Positions 50,363-60,071 of a DNA stretch of 64,000 nucleotides are shown in pieces (position 1 is the first letter of the stretch; every line of letters starts with the position of its first letter). This stretch comes from an uncultured Verrucomicrobiae bacterium (GTDB lineage: Bacteria > Verrucomicrobiota > Verrucomicrobiia > Chthoniobacterales > UBA10450). The position numbers were made by a program, and so were the translations under genes. The stretch covers positions 320,001 to 384,000 of the forward strand of contig CAVWPA010000003.1 of assembly GCA_963756875.1 (NCBI GenBank), in the 5' to 3' direction. The notes below the pieces were generated by a model. That model was not told the DNA's origin and ran no database searches. It saw only the letters and a program-made list of their open reading frames with translations.

Positions 50363-51388
50363 TTACTTGTTAGGCTTGAATCGGCTGGGAACGACGATGA
50401 GAGGGCGATTGGCCCGACGCATGACCTGTTCCACCACGTTGCCCACGAGCGCATGCCTGAACCCGCCGTGGCCATGGGTGCAAAGGACGATAAGATCGAT
50501 TCCGTCGCCGCGGGCTTCGGAGCAGATTTCGTCCACCGCAGAGCCGACCTTGATTTCCGCTTCGCATGAAATGCCCCGCAAAAACGCGGATTGTGTCAGG
50601 CGATCCATTTGCCGGCGCGTGGCCTCCTGCACCGCCTCCATCAAAGACATCGTTTCGCCTGGAATTCGCTCGCCGCCGATCGTTTCTGCATACGGATGAA
50701 TGGCATGAAAGAGACGAAGAGCGGCGTGGAAGCGCGCGGCAAGCAGCGCGGCATATTTCACGCCGGTAAGTGAACACGTTGAAAAGTCGACCGGCGCCAG
50801 GACTTTCTTTATTAAGATTGTCTCACGTTCATTCGGCCCACCACCATTTGGTTCCAGAAATTCCCGCTCCCGTTTTCGCACGATCAGAACAGGACACTTC
50901 GAGTGTTGGACCACGCGTTCGGCCGTGCTTCCATGAATGACGTGCTGGAATCCTGAATAGCCGTGCGTCGTCAGCACGATTAAATCAGCTTTTGTCTCCG
51001 AAGCCGTCGCCACAATTTTCTTGAATGTTCTTCCCCTCTGCACGCTGCACGTCTTTGCGGAGGCAGGTATCCGGAATTTTGCAGCCCAGCTTCGGAGGAG
51101 TTTTTCGGCGATCTTGGCCATTGTTTCCGGCTCAGTTACCATCGGCATTCGGATAATTGCGGGCGACGGCTCCCGTTCGGGATCCACAACATGCAGAAGG
51201 CGCACCTCGGCCCGGAATTTCGCAGCCAGACTCAATGCGTAGCGCAGTGCTTTCACCGACTGGCGCGAAAAATCGACTGGAACGAGAATGCGACGCAGCT
51301 GCAATGTTTTTTTCGGTCTTCCGGTGGTCGACCGCGCCTGAGAAGACAGAGCGCGACGGCTGGTCGCACGGCGGGTCGCTTTTTTCAC
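50363..51388 (-). CDS. Universal stress protein, tandem USP domains
   Basis: ILVPVDFS...THGYSG...GSTAERVV and VLAPVDFS...THGHGG...GNVVEQV. Confidence 0.92.
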   Translation of the reverse strand: MKKATRRATSRRALSSQARSTTGRPKKTLQLRRILVPVDFSRQSVKALRYALSLAAKFRAEVRLLHVVDPEREPSPAIIRMPMVTEPETMAKIAEKLLRSWAAKFRIPASAKTCSVQRGRTFKKIVATASETKADLIVLTTHGYSGFQHVIHGSTAERVVQHSKCPVLIVRKREREFLEPNGGGPNERETILIKKVLAPVDFSTCSLTGVKYAALLAARFHAALRLFHAIHPYAETIGGERIPGETMSLMEAVQEATRRQMDRLTQSAFLRGISCEAEIKVGSAVDEICSEARGDGIDLIVLCTHGHGGFRHALVGNVVEQVMRRANRPLIVVPSRFKPNK

Positions 51389-51533
51389 GGCTCGACGCTA
51401 CTCAATTGGACGCCGCCGTTCCACTCAATGATTGCTAAAGATCGGCTATTTCTTGCGAAGGCCAAATCGGGCCGGGACCCAGTCATCGCAGCCTAAAGAA
51501 TTACCGCTAGAGCCGCAAGCACCGACAGAATGA

Positions 51534-54263
51534 TCAGCCTGCATTGCCGGGTGTGGCCGTTTTCGCGCGCCGAGCGCGGATGATCTTGGTGATCTCGACT
51601 ACGGACACGGGCGTGAGGCCCATCAGAAAAATAACCAGCCAATCCCAACCGAAATGCGGCACACTTTTGAACAGAATGTGTCGCGTTAACGGAATCCAGA
51701 GCAGCGACATTTGCAGTATTCCGGATAAGACGATCGCCGCCAAAAGGTAGGGGTTCGTGAAAATGCCGAGCTGGGGAAGCGTGTAACGCTGACTGCGGCA
51801 GGCGAAGGAGAAGAAAAGCTGAGTGAAGGTAACGACATAAAAAGCGGTAGCCTGCGCGTAGGAAGCGTCTTCCCTTAGATAGGAATAGGCGAATCCGGCG
51901 ATGGCCACCGCCGAAATCAGTACGCCGTGAAAAATGATCCGGGCTCCACGCTGGCGGGTAAAAAACGGCTCGTTTGGCGGTCGCGGCGGCCGGCTCATCA
52001 CATCCGGTTCCGGTTTTTCCATGGCCAGCGCGAGCGCGGGCAGGCCGTCGGTGACAAGGTTGATCCAGAGTAACTGGATCGGCAGCAGCGGAACCGGCCA
52101 TCCGACGACAGCCGCAAAAAGCACAAGCGCGATTTCGCTGGCGTTACAGGAAAGCAGGTAATGGACGAACTCCTGGATGTTGTCGTAAATCCCTCGCCCT
52201 TCTTCGACCGCGTTGACGATGGAAGCAAAATTGTCGTCTGTCAGCACCATGTCCGACGCTTCCTTGGTGACATCGGTTCCGGTAACTCCCATGGCAATGC
52301 CGATGTCGGCCATCTTCACTGCCGGCGCGTCGTTCACGCCGTCACCCGTCATCGCCACCACCTGGCCTCTGGCTTTGAGCGCCTGCACGACGCGCAGCTT
52401 GTGTTCCGGGGAAACGCGAGCATAAACAGAAAGCCCTTCCACCTCGGCCAACAACTCCTCATCGGAGAGCGCGTCCACTTCCAAACCGGTGATCGCAGTG
52501 TCCTGCCCCACGGCAATATTCAGCTCGTGTGCGATGGCCATCGCCGTCGCTGGATGATCGCCTGTGATCATCACCGGCCGAATGCCGGCCGATTTGCACT
52601 TTGCCACCGCAACGCGCGCTTTTTCACGCGGCGGATCGATCATCCCCACGAGACCGGCGAAAATCAAATCGTGTTCGCCGCGTTTTTTGAAATCTGCATC
52701 AACGTCGCGCCAGGCCAGGCCCAGCACTCGTAGCGCGCGGTTCGCCATGCCGCGACTTTGTTCCAGCAGCTCCTCGCGCCGCGCCTGTGAAAGCGGTGTC
52801 TGTTCGCCATTCCGCTGTTCGAAGGCGCAGCGTTCCAGCAGGAGTTCCGGCGCACCTTTCGTGTAGATGACGGTGCTCTTCTTCGGATCCTGCACGACCA
52901 CGGACATCAATTTACGCGCCGAGTCGAAGGGGATTTCGTGTACAATTGTGTGATCGGAATCGCACCGCATGCCCGCCTTCCTCGCTGCAACCACGAGTGC
53001 GCCTTCCGTCGGATCTCCAACGATTTGCCAGCGATCGTCGTTTGGCCCTGGCGCTTCCAATTGTGAATTGTTGCACCATAAGGCGATCTTCAGCACGCGC
53101 ATGAGCGCCGGATCATCTTGCGGCTCCACAGGTTTGTTCTCCTGGCTGGAATTGAGCGCAACGAATTCACCCTCCGGCGCGTAACCTGTTCCGGTAACGC
53201 GGTAACGCCGCGTGCCGGCAACAATCTCGGTTACCATCATTTCATTGCGCGTCAGCGTTCCTGTCTTGTCGGAACAAATCACCGTCACCGAGCCGAGCGT
53301 TTCAACGCTGGCCAGCCGGCGAATTAGGGCGTTGCGCTTCACCATGCGTTGTAATCCCAGCGCAAGAGCAATCGTCACCACAGCCGGCAATCCTTCCGGG
53401 ACCGCCGCTACTGCAAGGCTGACCGCGACCAGAAACGTCTGCGCCAGACTTTCGCCGCGGAACAGTTGCAGGACGAAAATAATCGCGACCAGGATGAGGC
53501 AGGCGGCAATCAGCACGCGCCCAAGCTCCTCGAGCCGCTTCTGCAGCGGGGTCGGTTCCCGCTCTTCGGTCTGTAGAAATTCGGCGATGCGTCCCAGCTC
53601 GGTATTCATCCCGATCGCTGCGACCACGCCGCGTCCTTTACCAGCAACAGCGCTGGTGCCCATGAACGCCATGTTGACCCGGTCGGCGATACCGGCGTCT
53701 TTCGTCGACACGGCCACTCCATCCTTTTCAACAGGCGTCGATTCGCCGGTCAACGAGGCTTCCTGTGTTTTTAAATCAAAGGTGGTAGTCAGGCGCAGAT
53801 CTGCCGGGACGCGGTCGCCCGCCTCGAGTTCGACAACGTCGCCGGGCACCAAATCTTTTGCTGCGATGCTATGCAGCGAGCCGGCACGAAGTGCTTTCGC
53901 AACCGGAGCGGAAAGTTTCTTGAGCGAAGAAAGCGCTTTCTCGGCTTTTCGTTCCTGAAAGAAGCCAAGCAGCGCGTTTAACAGAACGATCGCGAAGATG
54001 GCGCTCGCTTCCAGCCAGTCGCCAAGAGCGGCGGAAAGAATTGTTGCAACCAGCAGAATCCAGATGACCAGCTGGTTGAACTGGCTCAGAAACTTCAGCC
54101 ACCACCGCGGAGGAGATGGCTCCGCCAGTTCGTTTGGACCGCATTCCGACGAGCGGGATTCGACTTGCGCGATGGAGAGGCCGTTCGCCAGATCGGTCTT
54201 TAGAAGTCCGGCCACTTCGCTGACGCTGAGTTGATGCCACGGAGTCCGGGGGCTCGATTTCAT
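51534..54263 (-). CDS. Cation-transporting P-type ATPase (P2A, Ca2+-type)
   Basis: [49 protein letters not shown]. Confidence 0.93.
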   Translation of the reverse strand: MKSSPRTPWHQLSVSEVAGLLKTDLANGLSIAQVESRSSECGPNELAEPSPPRWWLKFLSQFNQLVIWILLVATILSAALGDWLEASAIFAIVLLNALLGFFQERKAEKALSSLKKLSAPVAKALRAGSLHSIAAKDLVPGDVVELEAGDRVPADLRLTTTFDLKTQEASLTGESTPVEKDGVAVSTKDAGIADRVNMAFMGTSAVAGKGRGVVAAIGMNTELGRIAEFLQTEEREPTPLQKRLEELGRVLIAACLILVAIIFVLQLFRGESLAQTFLVAVSLAVAAVPEGLPAVVTIALALGLQRMVKRNALIRRLASVETLGSVTVICSDKTGTLTRNEMMVTEIVAGTRRYRVTGTGYAPEGEFVALNSSQENKPVEPQDDPALMRVLKIALWCNNSQLEAPGPNDDRWQIVGDPTEGALVVAARKAGMRCDSDHTIVHEIPFDSARKLMSVVVQDPKKSTVIYTKGAPELLLERCAFEQRNGEQTPLSQARREELLEQSRGMANRALRVLGLAWRDVDADFKKRGEHDLIFAGLVGMIDPPREKARVAVAKCKSAGIRPVMITGDHPATAMAIAHELNIAVGQDTAITGLEVDALSDEELLAEVEGLSVYARVSPEHKLRVVQALKARGQVVAMTGDGVNDAPAVKMADIGIAMGVTGTDVTKEASDMVLTDDNFASIVNAVEEGRGIYDNIQEFVHYLLSCNASEIALVLFAAVVGWPVPLLPIQLLWINLVTDGLPALALAMEKPEPDVMSRPPRPPNEPFFTRQRGARIIFHGVLISAVAIAGFAYSYLREDASYAQATAFYVVTFTQLFFSFACRSQRYTLPQLGIFTNPYLLAAIVLSGILQMSLLWIPLTRHILFKSVPHFGWDWLVIFLMGLTPVSVVEITKIIRARRAKTATPGNAG

Positions 54264-54325
54264 TTTTGGAAGCGGCGACTGTTCTATTAACCAATTCGTC
54301 TGGTGCGACGCTCGAATTGGGCGAG

Positions 54326-55264
54326 TCAGGACTTTTGTTCGCGCACGTCCCGATCCTCGGCGGGAGGGACGACAGCTACGCTTACGCTGGCATGATGCAG
54401 AACTGCGCGGGAAACCGATCCGAACCGCACCCGGCCAAGCCCATGCCGGCGATGAGTGCCGACAACAACAAGATCCGCTTTTTTATGATGAGCCATCTCG
54501 AAGAGCGAATCTTCGGGACGGCCCCAGGCCGGGCCAACCGTCAACGCCACGTTTCCGGAAGATAAAAACTGCGCGACCCGTTCGGCCAAATCGCTTTTGA
54601 GACGAGCTTGAATTTCCTTCGGATTCTCGGTTAACGGCAGCGATCCATGGTATCCGATGCGCTCAGCCGCTTCCGGCGGCCAATCGGCATGTAACACGTC
54701 GATTTCGCAAAGTCCCAACGCGCCGATCTCCCCGACCCAGCGAAGGGCGGCATCGCTGGCATCCGAAAAATCACATCCAACCAGCACCTTCAACGGATGT
54801 TCGCCTCGGATCCAGGAACCAAGCCTGCCGCCAGGCCGAACAACCAGGGTCGGGATGGCCGAAGTTTCGGCCGTGCGTTCGGCCACGCTGCCAACGAACA
54901 ACCGGCGGGTGACACCGTGCCCGACCGCCCCGACCACGATCAAGCGCGCCTTGGATTCACTTGCGGTAGTCACCAATCCGTCAAAGGCCGATCCGGAAAG
55001 AAGCTTTTCTTCCACATCCGCCCCCGTCTTGCGCAGCCGCGCCGCTTCATTGCCGAGAGCACCCCGTTTTTGCGAAAGCGCGGCGTCGAACAATTTGGGA
55101 TCAACGGGTCCCATGCCGAGGAATTCATCCACTTGCACGAGAACAAGCTTCGTCCCGAGGCGTCTCGCCAATGCCGCGGCGATGTCTGCCGCCTCCGTCG
55201 CCACCGAAGAAAAATCGGTGCCACAGACGATCGGCTGTGCGCCTTTGTTCTGCTCGACGCTCAT
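54326..55264 (-). CDS. Universal stress protein, tandem USP domains
   Basis: IVCGTDFS...GSVAERT and VLVGCDFS...GSVSRAVL. Confidence 0.9.
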   Translation of the reverse strand: MSVEQNKGAQPIVCGTDFSSVATEAADIAAALARRLGTKLVLVQVDEFLGMGPVDPKLFDAALSQKRGALGNEAARLRKTGADVEEKLLSGSAFDGLVTTASESKARLIVVGAVGHGVTRRLFVGSVAERTAETSAIPTLVVRPGGRLGSWIRGEHPLKVLVGCDFSDASDAALRWVGEIGALGLCEIDVLHADWPPEAAERIGYHGSLPLTENPKEIQARLKSDLAERVAQFLSSGNVALTVGPAWGRPEDSLFEMAHHKKADLVVVGTHRRHGLGRVRFGSVSRAVLHHASVSVAVVPPAEDRDVREQKS

Positions 55265-55294
55265 TCGCTTTCGCTGCGCGCCCCGTCTCGCCGG

Positions 55295-55729
55295 CTAACG
55301 TCCGCGCCGGCCTGCGCCCGACCACGCCGGAACGCCGTTCTCATCGCGCAGTTTCAAGATTTCATCTCCTTTTTTAACCTGCGCAGCGATGATCATTTCC
55401 TTTCCGTCAATCGTGACCCGAGAGCCGGTGACGGTGATTGTATCGTTGGCTTCGATATGTGGAGTCTGCTTGTCGATATACCAGGCCGGTCCGAGGTGCA
55501 CGGAGATCGCTTCCTTGTCGGTTTGCAGCATGAGATGAATTCCCTGGCCGCGACCTCCCGGAGAGCCGGTTTTCTCAACCGACAAGACCTTTCCCTGAAT
55601 GGTTTCAACCGTTTTCGTGTCGTATCGTCGATTGGCGGCTCCTCTTCCGGGCTGAGCAGCCGCGCTTGATATTCCCAGCAGCCCGGCGATCGCCGCGGAG
55701 ATAGTAATCAGCGTTTTCGTGTTTTTCAT
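55295..55729 (-). CDS. Exported OB-fold-like protein (MamS/MamX-like domain)
   Basis: Signal peptide, YDTKTVETIQG, VHLGPAWY, LRDENGVPAW. Confidence 0.7.
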   Translation of the reverse strand: MKNTKTLITISAAIAGLLGISSAAAQPGRGAANRRYDTKTVETIQGKVLSVEKTGSPGGRGQGIHLMLQTDKEAISVHLGPAWYIDKQTPHIEANDTITVTGSRVTIDGKEMIIAAQVKKGDEILKLRDENGVPAWSGAGRRGR

Positions 55730-56040
55730 TTTGTCCTTTCCTTTGTTGTTTGGTTTCGGCTGTTCTCCTTTTCCAAAATTGCCACCGTCGTCTTCATCAC
55801 GGTATCAGGGTTTGACGAGATGCTGTCGATCTTTTGTTCGATGCGATAAGCCTGGGTCGTGATGGCAAAACCATCCGGTACTTTCACGCCTTTTGGCGTA
55901 AGCTCGCGAAACATCTCCCCTAACGAAGCGGTCTTGCCGCCGACCGACGGAACATCTTTGATTCCGATTTCGCGGAACCATTTTACGTAAGACGATTTCG
56001 TTTGCGGCTTTCGCGCGGGCTTCAAAGTTTCAGTTTTCAT
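55726..56040 (-). pseudogene. ppsA: In-frame internally deleted PEP synthase remnant (104 aa)
   Basis: PpsA N-terminus (WF.EIG..DVPSVGGK.ASLGEM...GVKVPDGFA.T..AYR) joined directly to the PpsA C-terminus (IDSIS.NPDTV). AAGGAGG ribosome-binding site is intact. Confidence 0.82.
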
Positions 56041-56070
56041 TAAAATACCTCCTTAAATGAAGCTGTGCCG

Positions 56071-57135
56071 TCATGGCTTGATCGCCACCTTAAGAACACC
56101 CTCCCGGCGCGAGCCAAACAGGTCGTAAGCCTCGACGATCTGATCGAGAGAAAAATGGTGTGTGATCAACGGCGTCGGATCGAAGCGTTTCGATCGCACC
56201 ACGGCCATTAACCGCCGCATCCGTTCTTTGCCCCCCGGGCAGAGCGTCGTAACGATCTTGTAATCGCCGAGGCCGGCGGCAAAGGCATCGTAAGGCACCT
56301 GCAATTTCCCGGAATAAACTCCCAGGCTGCTTAACGTGCCACCCGGGCGCAAACAGCGCAGAGCGTTTTCAAATGTCTCCTGCCGCCCAAGGGCCTCAAT
56401 AGCCACGTCAGCTCCGCCACCGGTCAGTTTTTTTATCTTGGCAATCACATCGGCGTCTTGTGGATCGAGCACCATGTCGGCGCCCATTCGCTTCGACATT
56501 CTCATTCGAGCCGGGTCGCCTTCGATGCCGATAATAAATGATGCGCCCATCAATTTTGCGCCCGCCGTGGCGCATAGTCCGATCGGTCCCTGCGCAAAAA
56601 CGACCACCGTATCGCCGATGCGAATGTTACCGGATTCGGCGCCGCTGAATCCGGTCGAAGCGATGTCGGCGAGCAAAACAACCTGTTCGTCGCTCAAATC
56701 GTCGGGAATTTTCGCCAGATTGGCCTGCGCGCTGGGCACCAGCAGATACTCGGCTTGCGCGCCGTTGATGGTGTTGCCAAAACGCCAGCCGCCGATTGCT
56801 TCCACACCTTCACCGTGGCCGCATTGCGCCCATTGCGCAGACAAGCAGGCGCGACATTGGCCACATGGCGTGATCGCGCCGACGAGCACGCGATCGCCAA
56901 TCTCATAGCCGGTTACGCCTTTGCCGATCTCTTCGATCACGCCGACCGGCTCGTGTCCGATCACCAGACCCGGCTTTACCGGATACTCGCCCCGCAGGAT
57001 GTGAAGGTCAGTGCCGCAAATCGTCGTCAGCGTAATCCTGATGACAGCTTCGCCTGCACCCGCACTCGGGCGCGGCACTTCCTCAATCCTGATGTTGTTT
57101 GGTCCGTGAAATACGTTGGCTTTCATCTTTTGCAT
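56071..57135 (-). CDS. Zn-dependent alcohol dehydrogenase (MDR family)
   Basis: ICGTDLH, GHEPVG, CGQCRAC...C, LADIASTG, QGPIG. Confidence 0.92.
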   Translation of the reverse strand: MQKMKANVFHGPNNIRIEEVPRPSAGAGEAVIRITLTTICGTDLHILRGEYPVKPGLVIGHEPVGVIEEIGKGVTGYEIGDRVLVGAITPCGQCRACLSAQWAQCGHGEGVEAIGGWRFGNTINGAQAEYLLVPSAQANLAKIPDDLSDEQVVLLADIASTGFSGAESGNIRIGDTVVVFAQGPIGLCATAGAKLMGASFIIGIEGDPARMRMSKRMGADMVLDPQDADVIAKIKKLTGGGADVAIEALGRQETFENALRCLRPGGTLSSLGVYSGKLQVPYDAFAAGLGDYKIVTTLCPGGKERMRRLMAVVRSKRFDPTPLITHHFSLDQIVEAYDLFGSRREGVLKVAIKP

Positions 57136-57335
57136 GGTCGATTTCCCCGTTAATTTTTTGGGTAACAATTAAATGTGACAGTGGTTAGCGGTCGTTCGTT
57201 TCGCAAATTGCGAATTTCCAAGCGTTTCTTGCCCCGCCGCCCCGACAAAATGAAAAGTGGGACGACACAGAGATCGCACCTTCAATTTTTTCCGTCGTGG
57301 TTGCTATGTCAGCCGGAGAGGATCCGGACAAGCAA

Positions 57336-58115
57336 TCAGGGCGCCGGTTCCAATAACTTCGAAATGGTAACGAAGTGGAAGCCGCGCGCTTGCAGATTTG
57401 CAATGATGGCCGGCAAGGCATCCACCGTGCTGCGAACGCCGACGTGCATCAAAATGATTGCGCCGTCGAGTTCCGCGTCGCTTTTGCCGGCAATGCGATC
57501 GATAAGGAATTGCGGACTCTTCGCCGGTTCGACTCCATCCAGACTGTCGAGCGTCCAGTAGATCGAGCGGTAACCCAGATTTCTCGCGATTTTTAGAACT
57601 CGCTCGTCTCGAATCCCGTACGGAGCCCTGAACCTGGGCCTTGGGCTCTGCCCGGCAGCCTTGGCGATTACCCGTTCGGCCCGCACGATTTCATCTCGCA
57701 CGACGTTGTCCGTTTGCTGGGTCAGATCGAGATGGCTCCAGGTATGATTTCCAACCTCGTGCCCGAACTTGGTAATTTCCGCCGCGCAGTCCGCGTGTTC
57801 CCGGGCGAACGCCCCAGTGATAAAAAAAGTGCAGTGCACATGCGCGTTCGCCAGGACTGTCATCAAATCGTCGAAACATTCCGCTTCCTTTCCTCCGTCG
57901 AAAGTAAGGGCAATCTCCGACTTGCCGCGGGGCCCGCGATCCACCTCGCCAGGCAGCCGCGCATTCCCCGAAACGCCTGTGGCGCGGCTCTTGTCCGGTC
58001 TGACATGAGTAGCTTGCACGTAGGACCAAGTCCCGACCAGCAGGAATACGGCAAGAAATTTTGAGCTGCGCCGCGCCGCGCCCAGAACCTTCTGCCTCAC
58101 ACCCTCAACTGTCAT
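57336..58115 (-). CDS. Polysaccharide deacetylase (CE4/NodB)
   Basis: LTFDGG, NHTWSH, FRAPYG, DSLD, IILMH. Hydrophobic N-terminal segment. Confidence 0.88.
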   Translation of the reverse strand: MTVEGVRQKVLGAARRSSKFLAVFLLVGTWSYVQATHVRPDKSRATGVSGNARLPGEVDRGPRGKSEIALTFDGGKEAECFDDLMTVLANAHVHCTFFITGAFAREHADCAAEITKFGHEVGNHTWSHLDLTQQTDNVVRDEIVRAERVIAKAAGQSPRPRFRAPYGIRDERVLKIARNLGYRSIYWTLDSLDGVEPAKSPQFLIDRIAGKSDAELDGAIILMHVGVRSTVDALPAIIANLQARGFHFVTISKLLEPAP

Positions 58116-58303
58116 GGATGGCGATGCGTCAATTTTGTGGCGTGATGTTCGGAGATCACCTCAAAAACATGCCGACCCAGCGCGACGACCGCAATAGCCA
58201 GGGCAACGAGGAAAAAGACACTATGAACCACGATCCCAAGGCCTACAGCGAGTCCAAGCAGCAGGGTTATTGTCGGTGCATCGAAAATATTCAACTTCTT
58301 CAT
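58112..58303 (-). CDS. Small membrane protein (63 aa) with a His-rich tail
   Basis: AGGAGG ribosome-binding site before ATG 58303. Hydrophobic hairpin. Stop overlaps the CE4 start. Confidence 0.7.
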   Translation of the reverse strand: MKKLNIFDAPTITLLLGLAVGLGIVVHSVFFLVALAIAVVALGRHVFEVISEHHATKLTHRHP

Positions 58304-58337
58304 AACACGCCTCCTTTTGACCAAATAACCCTAAATC

Positions 58338-58357
58338 GTTATCGCCGGGGCGATAAC
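58338..58357. promoter_or_regulatory. Perfect 9-bp inverted repeat, candidate operator
   Basis: GTTATCGCC-GG-GGCGATAAC, 35 bp upstream of the 58303 start. Confidence 0.45.
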
Positions 58358-58404
58358 CGCCGCTTGGCTTTAACTGCGCAAAAATTGCGGGGGTCCTGTG
58401 CGCT

Positions 58405-58443
58405 TGTAGCCGCCTCACTCAGTTGAGGCGCCAGGACACGGCG
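58405..58443 (+). repeat. REP-like unit with a truncated partner
   Basis: TGTAG-C-CGCCTCA/CTCAGT/TGAGGCG, then AGGACACGGCG, which is also in the doublet at 14608. Confidence 0.75.
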
Positions 58444-58490
58444 TTCCGACTTGGTGAGCGACTCCGCTCGGAATGAGAGAGTCTTTCAAT

Positions 58491-58514
58491 TGTAGGGCGT
58501 CCGCCGCGGATGCC
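58491..58514 (+). repeat. REP-like unit
   Basis: TGTAG-GGCGTCCG-CCG-CGGATGCC, 6 nt from the cytochrome stop. Confidence 0.7.
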
Positions 58515-58520
58515 GAATGC

Positions 58521-60071
58521 TTACTTTTCGAGTTGGCGGAGTTTGAGATAAATCGCCAGCATCAGAAGGCCGATCAGGCCGATGCTGACAGCCAAACCGA
58601 TCTGCCGGAACTTGTATTCGCCGCGCGCTTTCTTGACCAGAGCGTCAGTTTGCTGAACCGCCTGTTCCCCCGGCAGCGCCACCTGTTGAAAAGTGTCCCG
58701 GCTGAACGAATGGATGTACCTCCGCGACTTCTTCAGTGTATCCGTGAGATCGGTTAACTGGTTGTTGATCGGCTCCACATCCAGACCTTTCGCGGCGAGC
58801 TTCTCGGAGACTTCCGTAAACTTCTTCTGGGCATCGTCCATCTGGGTGATGGTCTGGTGGAAATAATTGGCGGTGGGGATGCATTTTGGGTCGTCTGTGG
58901 CGTAATGGCGATGGCAATCACCGCACAATCCGCCCGGCCCGGTTGCCAGCATTGAATCGTGCGTCTTCATGATGGCATGGTTGCCATGGCATTTGCCGCA
59001 TTCCGGCCAGTTATGGCTGTCGAACGCCTGCTTGTGTTTGCTGCCGTCGAACAAACTCGCATTGGCCGAGTGACAGAGACTGCAACTCCGGCTCACCTGA
59101 GCAACGCCCGGCGGTATGGCGGCATGGTTGCCGTGGCAATCGTTACATGCCGGCGCGCCGAGATCGCCGCGTTCGAGCAGCGCGCGACCATGAACGCTGG
59201 TACGGTATTCCGCAAGCTGATTGGTCGGCAGCGGCGAGCCGTCCGCGCGCTTAAACCCAGCCATAATTGTGGGATTGGCGTGACACGCTCCGCAAGTTTC
59301 CGGCACGCGCTGGGCATAAACTTTCGATTGCGGATCTTTCGCCGGGCGAATGCCGTGGACACCGTGGCAACTCACGCATTGCGGCGCGCGATTGTCGTGG
59401 TTTACCAGCAGCACCTGGCCATGCGGGCTGTCCTTGAATTTCGCCAGTTGATCGGTGGGCAGCGCGGGATTGAATTGATGCATCAGGGCCGGATCGGAAT
59501 GGCAGCGCGCGCAGAAATAAACGACCCAAGCGCGGTCCTTCTGGCGGTCCTTTTCCGGCCATTCCTTGACGAAAGCGTGACCGAACACCGCGGTAGGATC
59601 GCCGCCGTGGCAGCCGGCACAGGAGAGTCCGCGGCGAAAATGAGTGTCCTCGACGATCTCTTTCAGGTTCATGTGCGAAGGCGGCGCTTTGGGCGAATCG
59701 GGTCCGAGAGTGAAGAGGTCCTCCGGCGATTGGACCTGCGCATCGGTGTGGCAAAGAATGCAGTTGTTTTGCAGGACCAGCTCCATCTTTTGCGGGCGCA
59801 AATCCAGCGCAAGCAGCACCGCCAAATGCTCGGGTTGCGTAATGGTTTCCTTTTGCACCACCTGGTTGAGCAATTCTTTCAAGTTGTCGTTGAGACCGTT
59901 GAAATAATTGCGCTCTTCCGGGGTGATAATCGGCTTGCCGTCCTTGTCTTTGGCGTTGAGCATCGCGGCCAGCTTCGGACTCGCGCCGGCCAGACTTTGC
60001 TCCGCGGCAGAAGTGGCGGCCGGAATCAAAAGAACGGCAATGACGACCGGGATGATCGCGATCGTTCTCAA
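58521..60071 (-). CDS. Nonaheme cytochrome c, exported, with a C-terminal membrane anchor
   Basis: Signal peptide. Nine CxxCH (CILCH, CAGCH, CARCH, CVSCH, CGACH, CNDCH, CSLCH, CGKCH, CGDCH), a helical region and a terminal TM. Confidence 0.92.
   Translation of the reverse strand: MRTIAIIPVVIAVLLIPAATSAAEQSLAGASPKLAAMLNAKDKDGKPIITPEERNYFNGLNDNLKELLNQVVQKETITQPEHLAVLLALDLRPQKMELVLQNNCILCHTDAQVQSPEDLFTLGPDSPKAPPSHMNLKEIVEDTHFRRGLSCAGCHGGDPTAVFGHAFVKEWPEKDRQKDRAWVVYFCARCHSDPALMHQFNPALPTDQLAKFKDSPHGQVLLVNHDNRAPQCVSCHGVHGIRPAKDPQSKVYAQRVPETCGACHANPTIMAGFKRADGSPLPTNQLAEYRTSVHGRALLERGDLGAPACNDCHGNHAAIPPGVAQVSRSCSLCHSANASLFDGSKHKQAFDSHNWPECGKCHGNHAIMKTHDSMLATGPGGLCGDCHRHYATDDPKCIPTANYFHQTITQMDDAQKKFTEVSEKLAAKGLDVEPINNQLTDLTDTLKKSRRYIHSFSRDTFQQVALPGEQAVQQTDALVKKARGEYKFRQIGLAVSIGLIGLLMLAIYLKLRQLEK

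Noticed and set aside
55295..55729. Magnetosome interpretation of the MamS/MamX-like protein
   Set aside because: No other mam genes are present, and this fold also occurs in non-magnetotactic bacteria.
59910..59950. DKDGKPIITPEE as an EF-hand in the cytochrome N-terminus
   Set aside because: Loop positions 5 and 6 (K, P) violate the consensus, and there is no paired hand.
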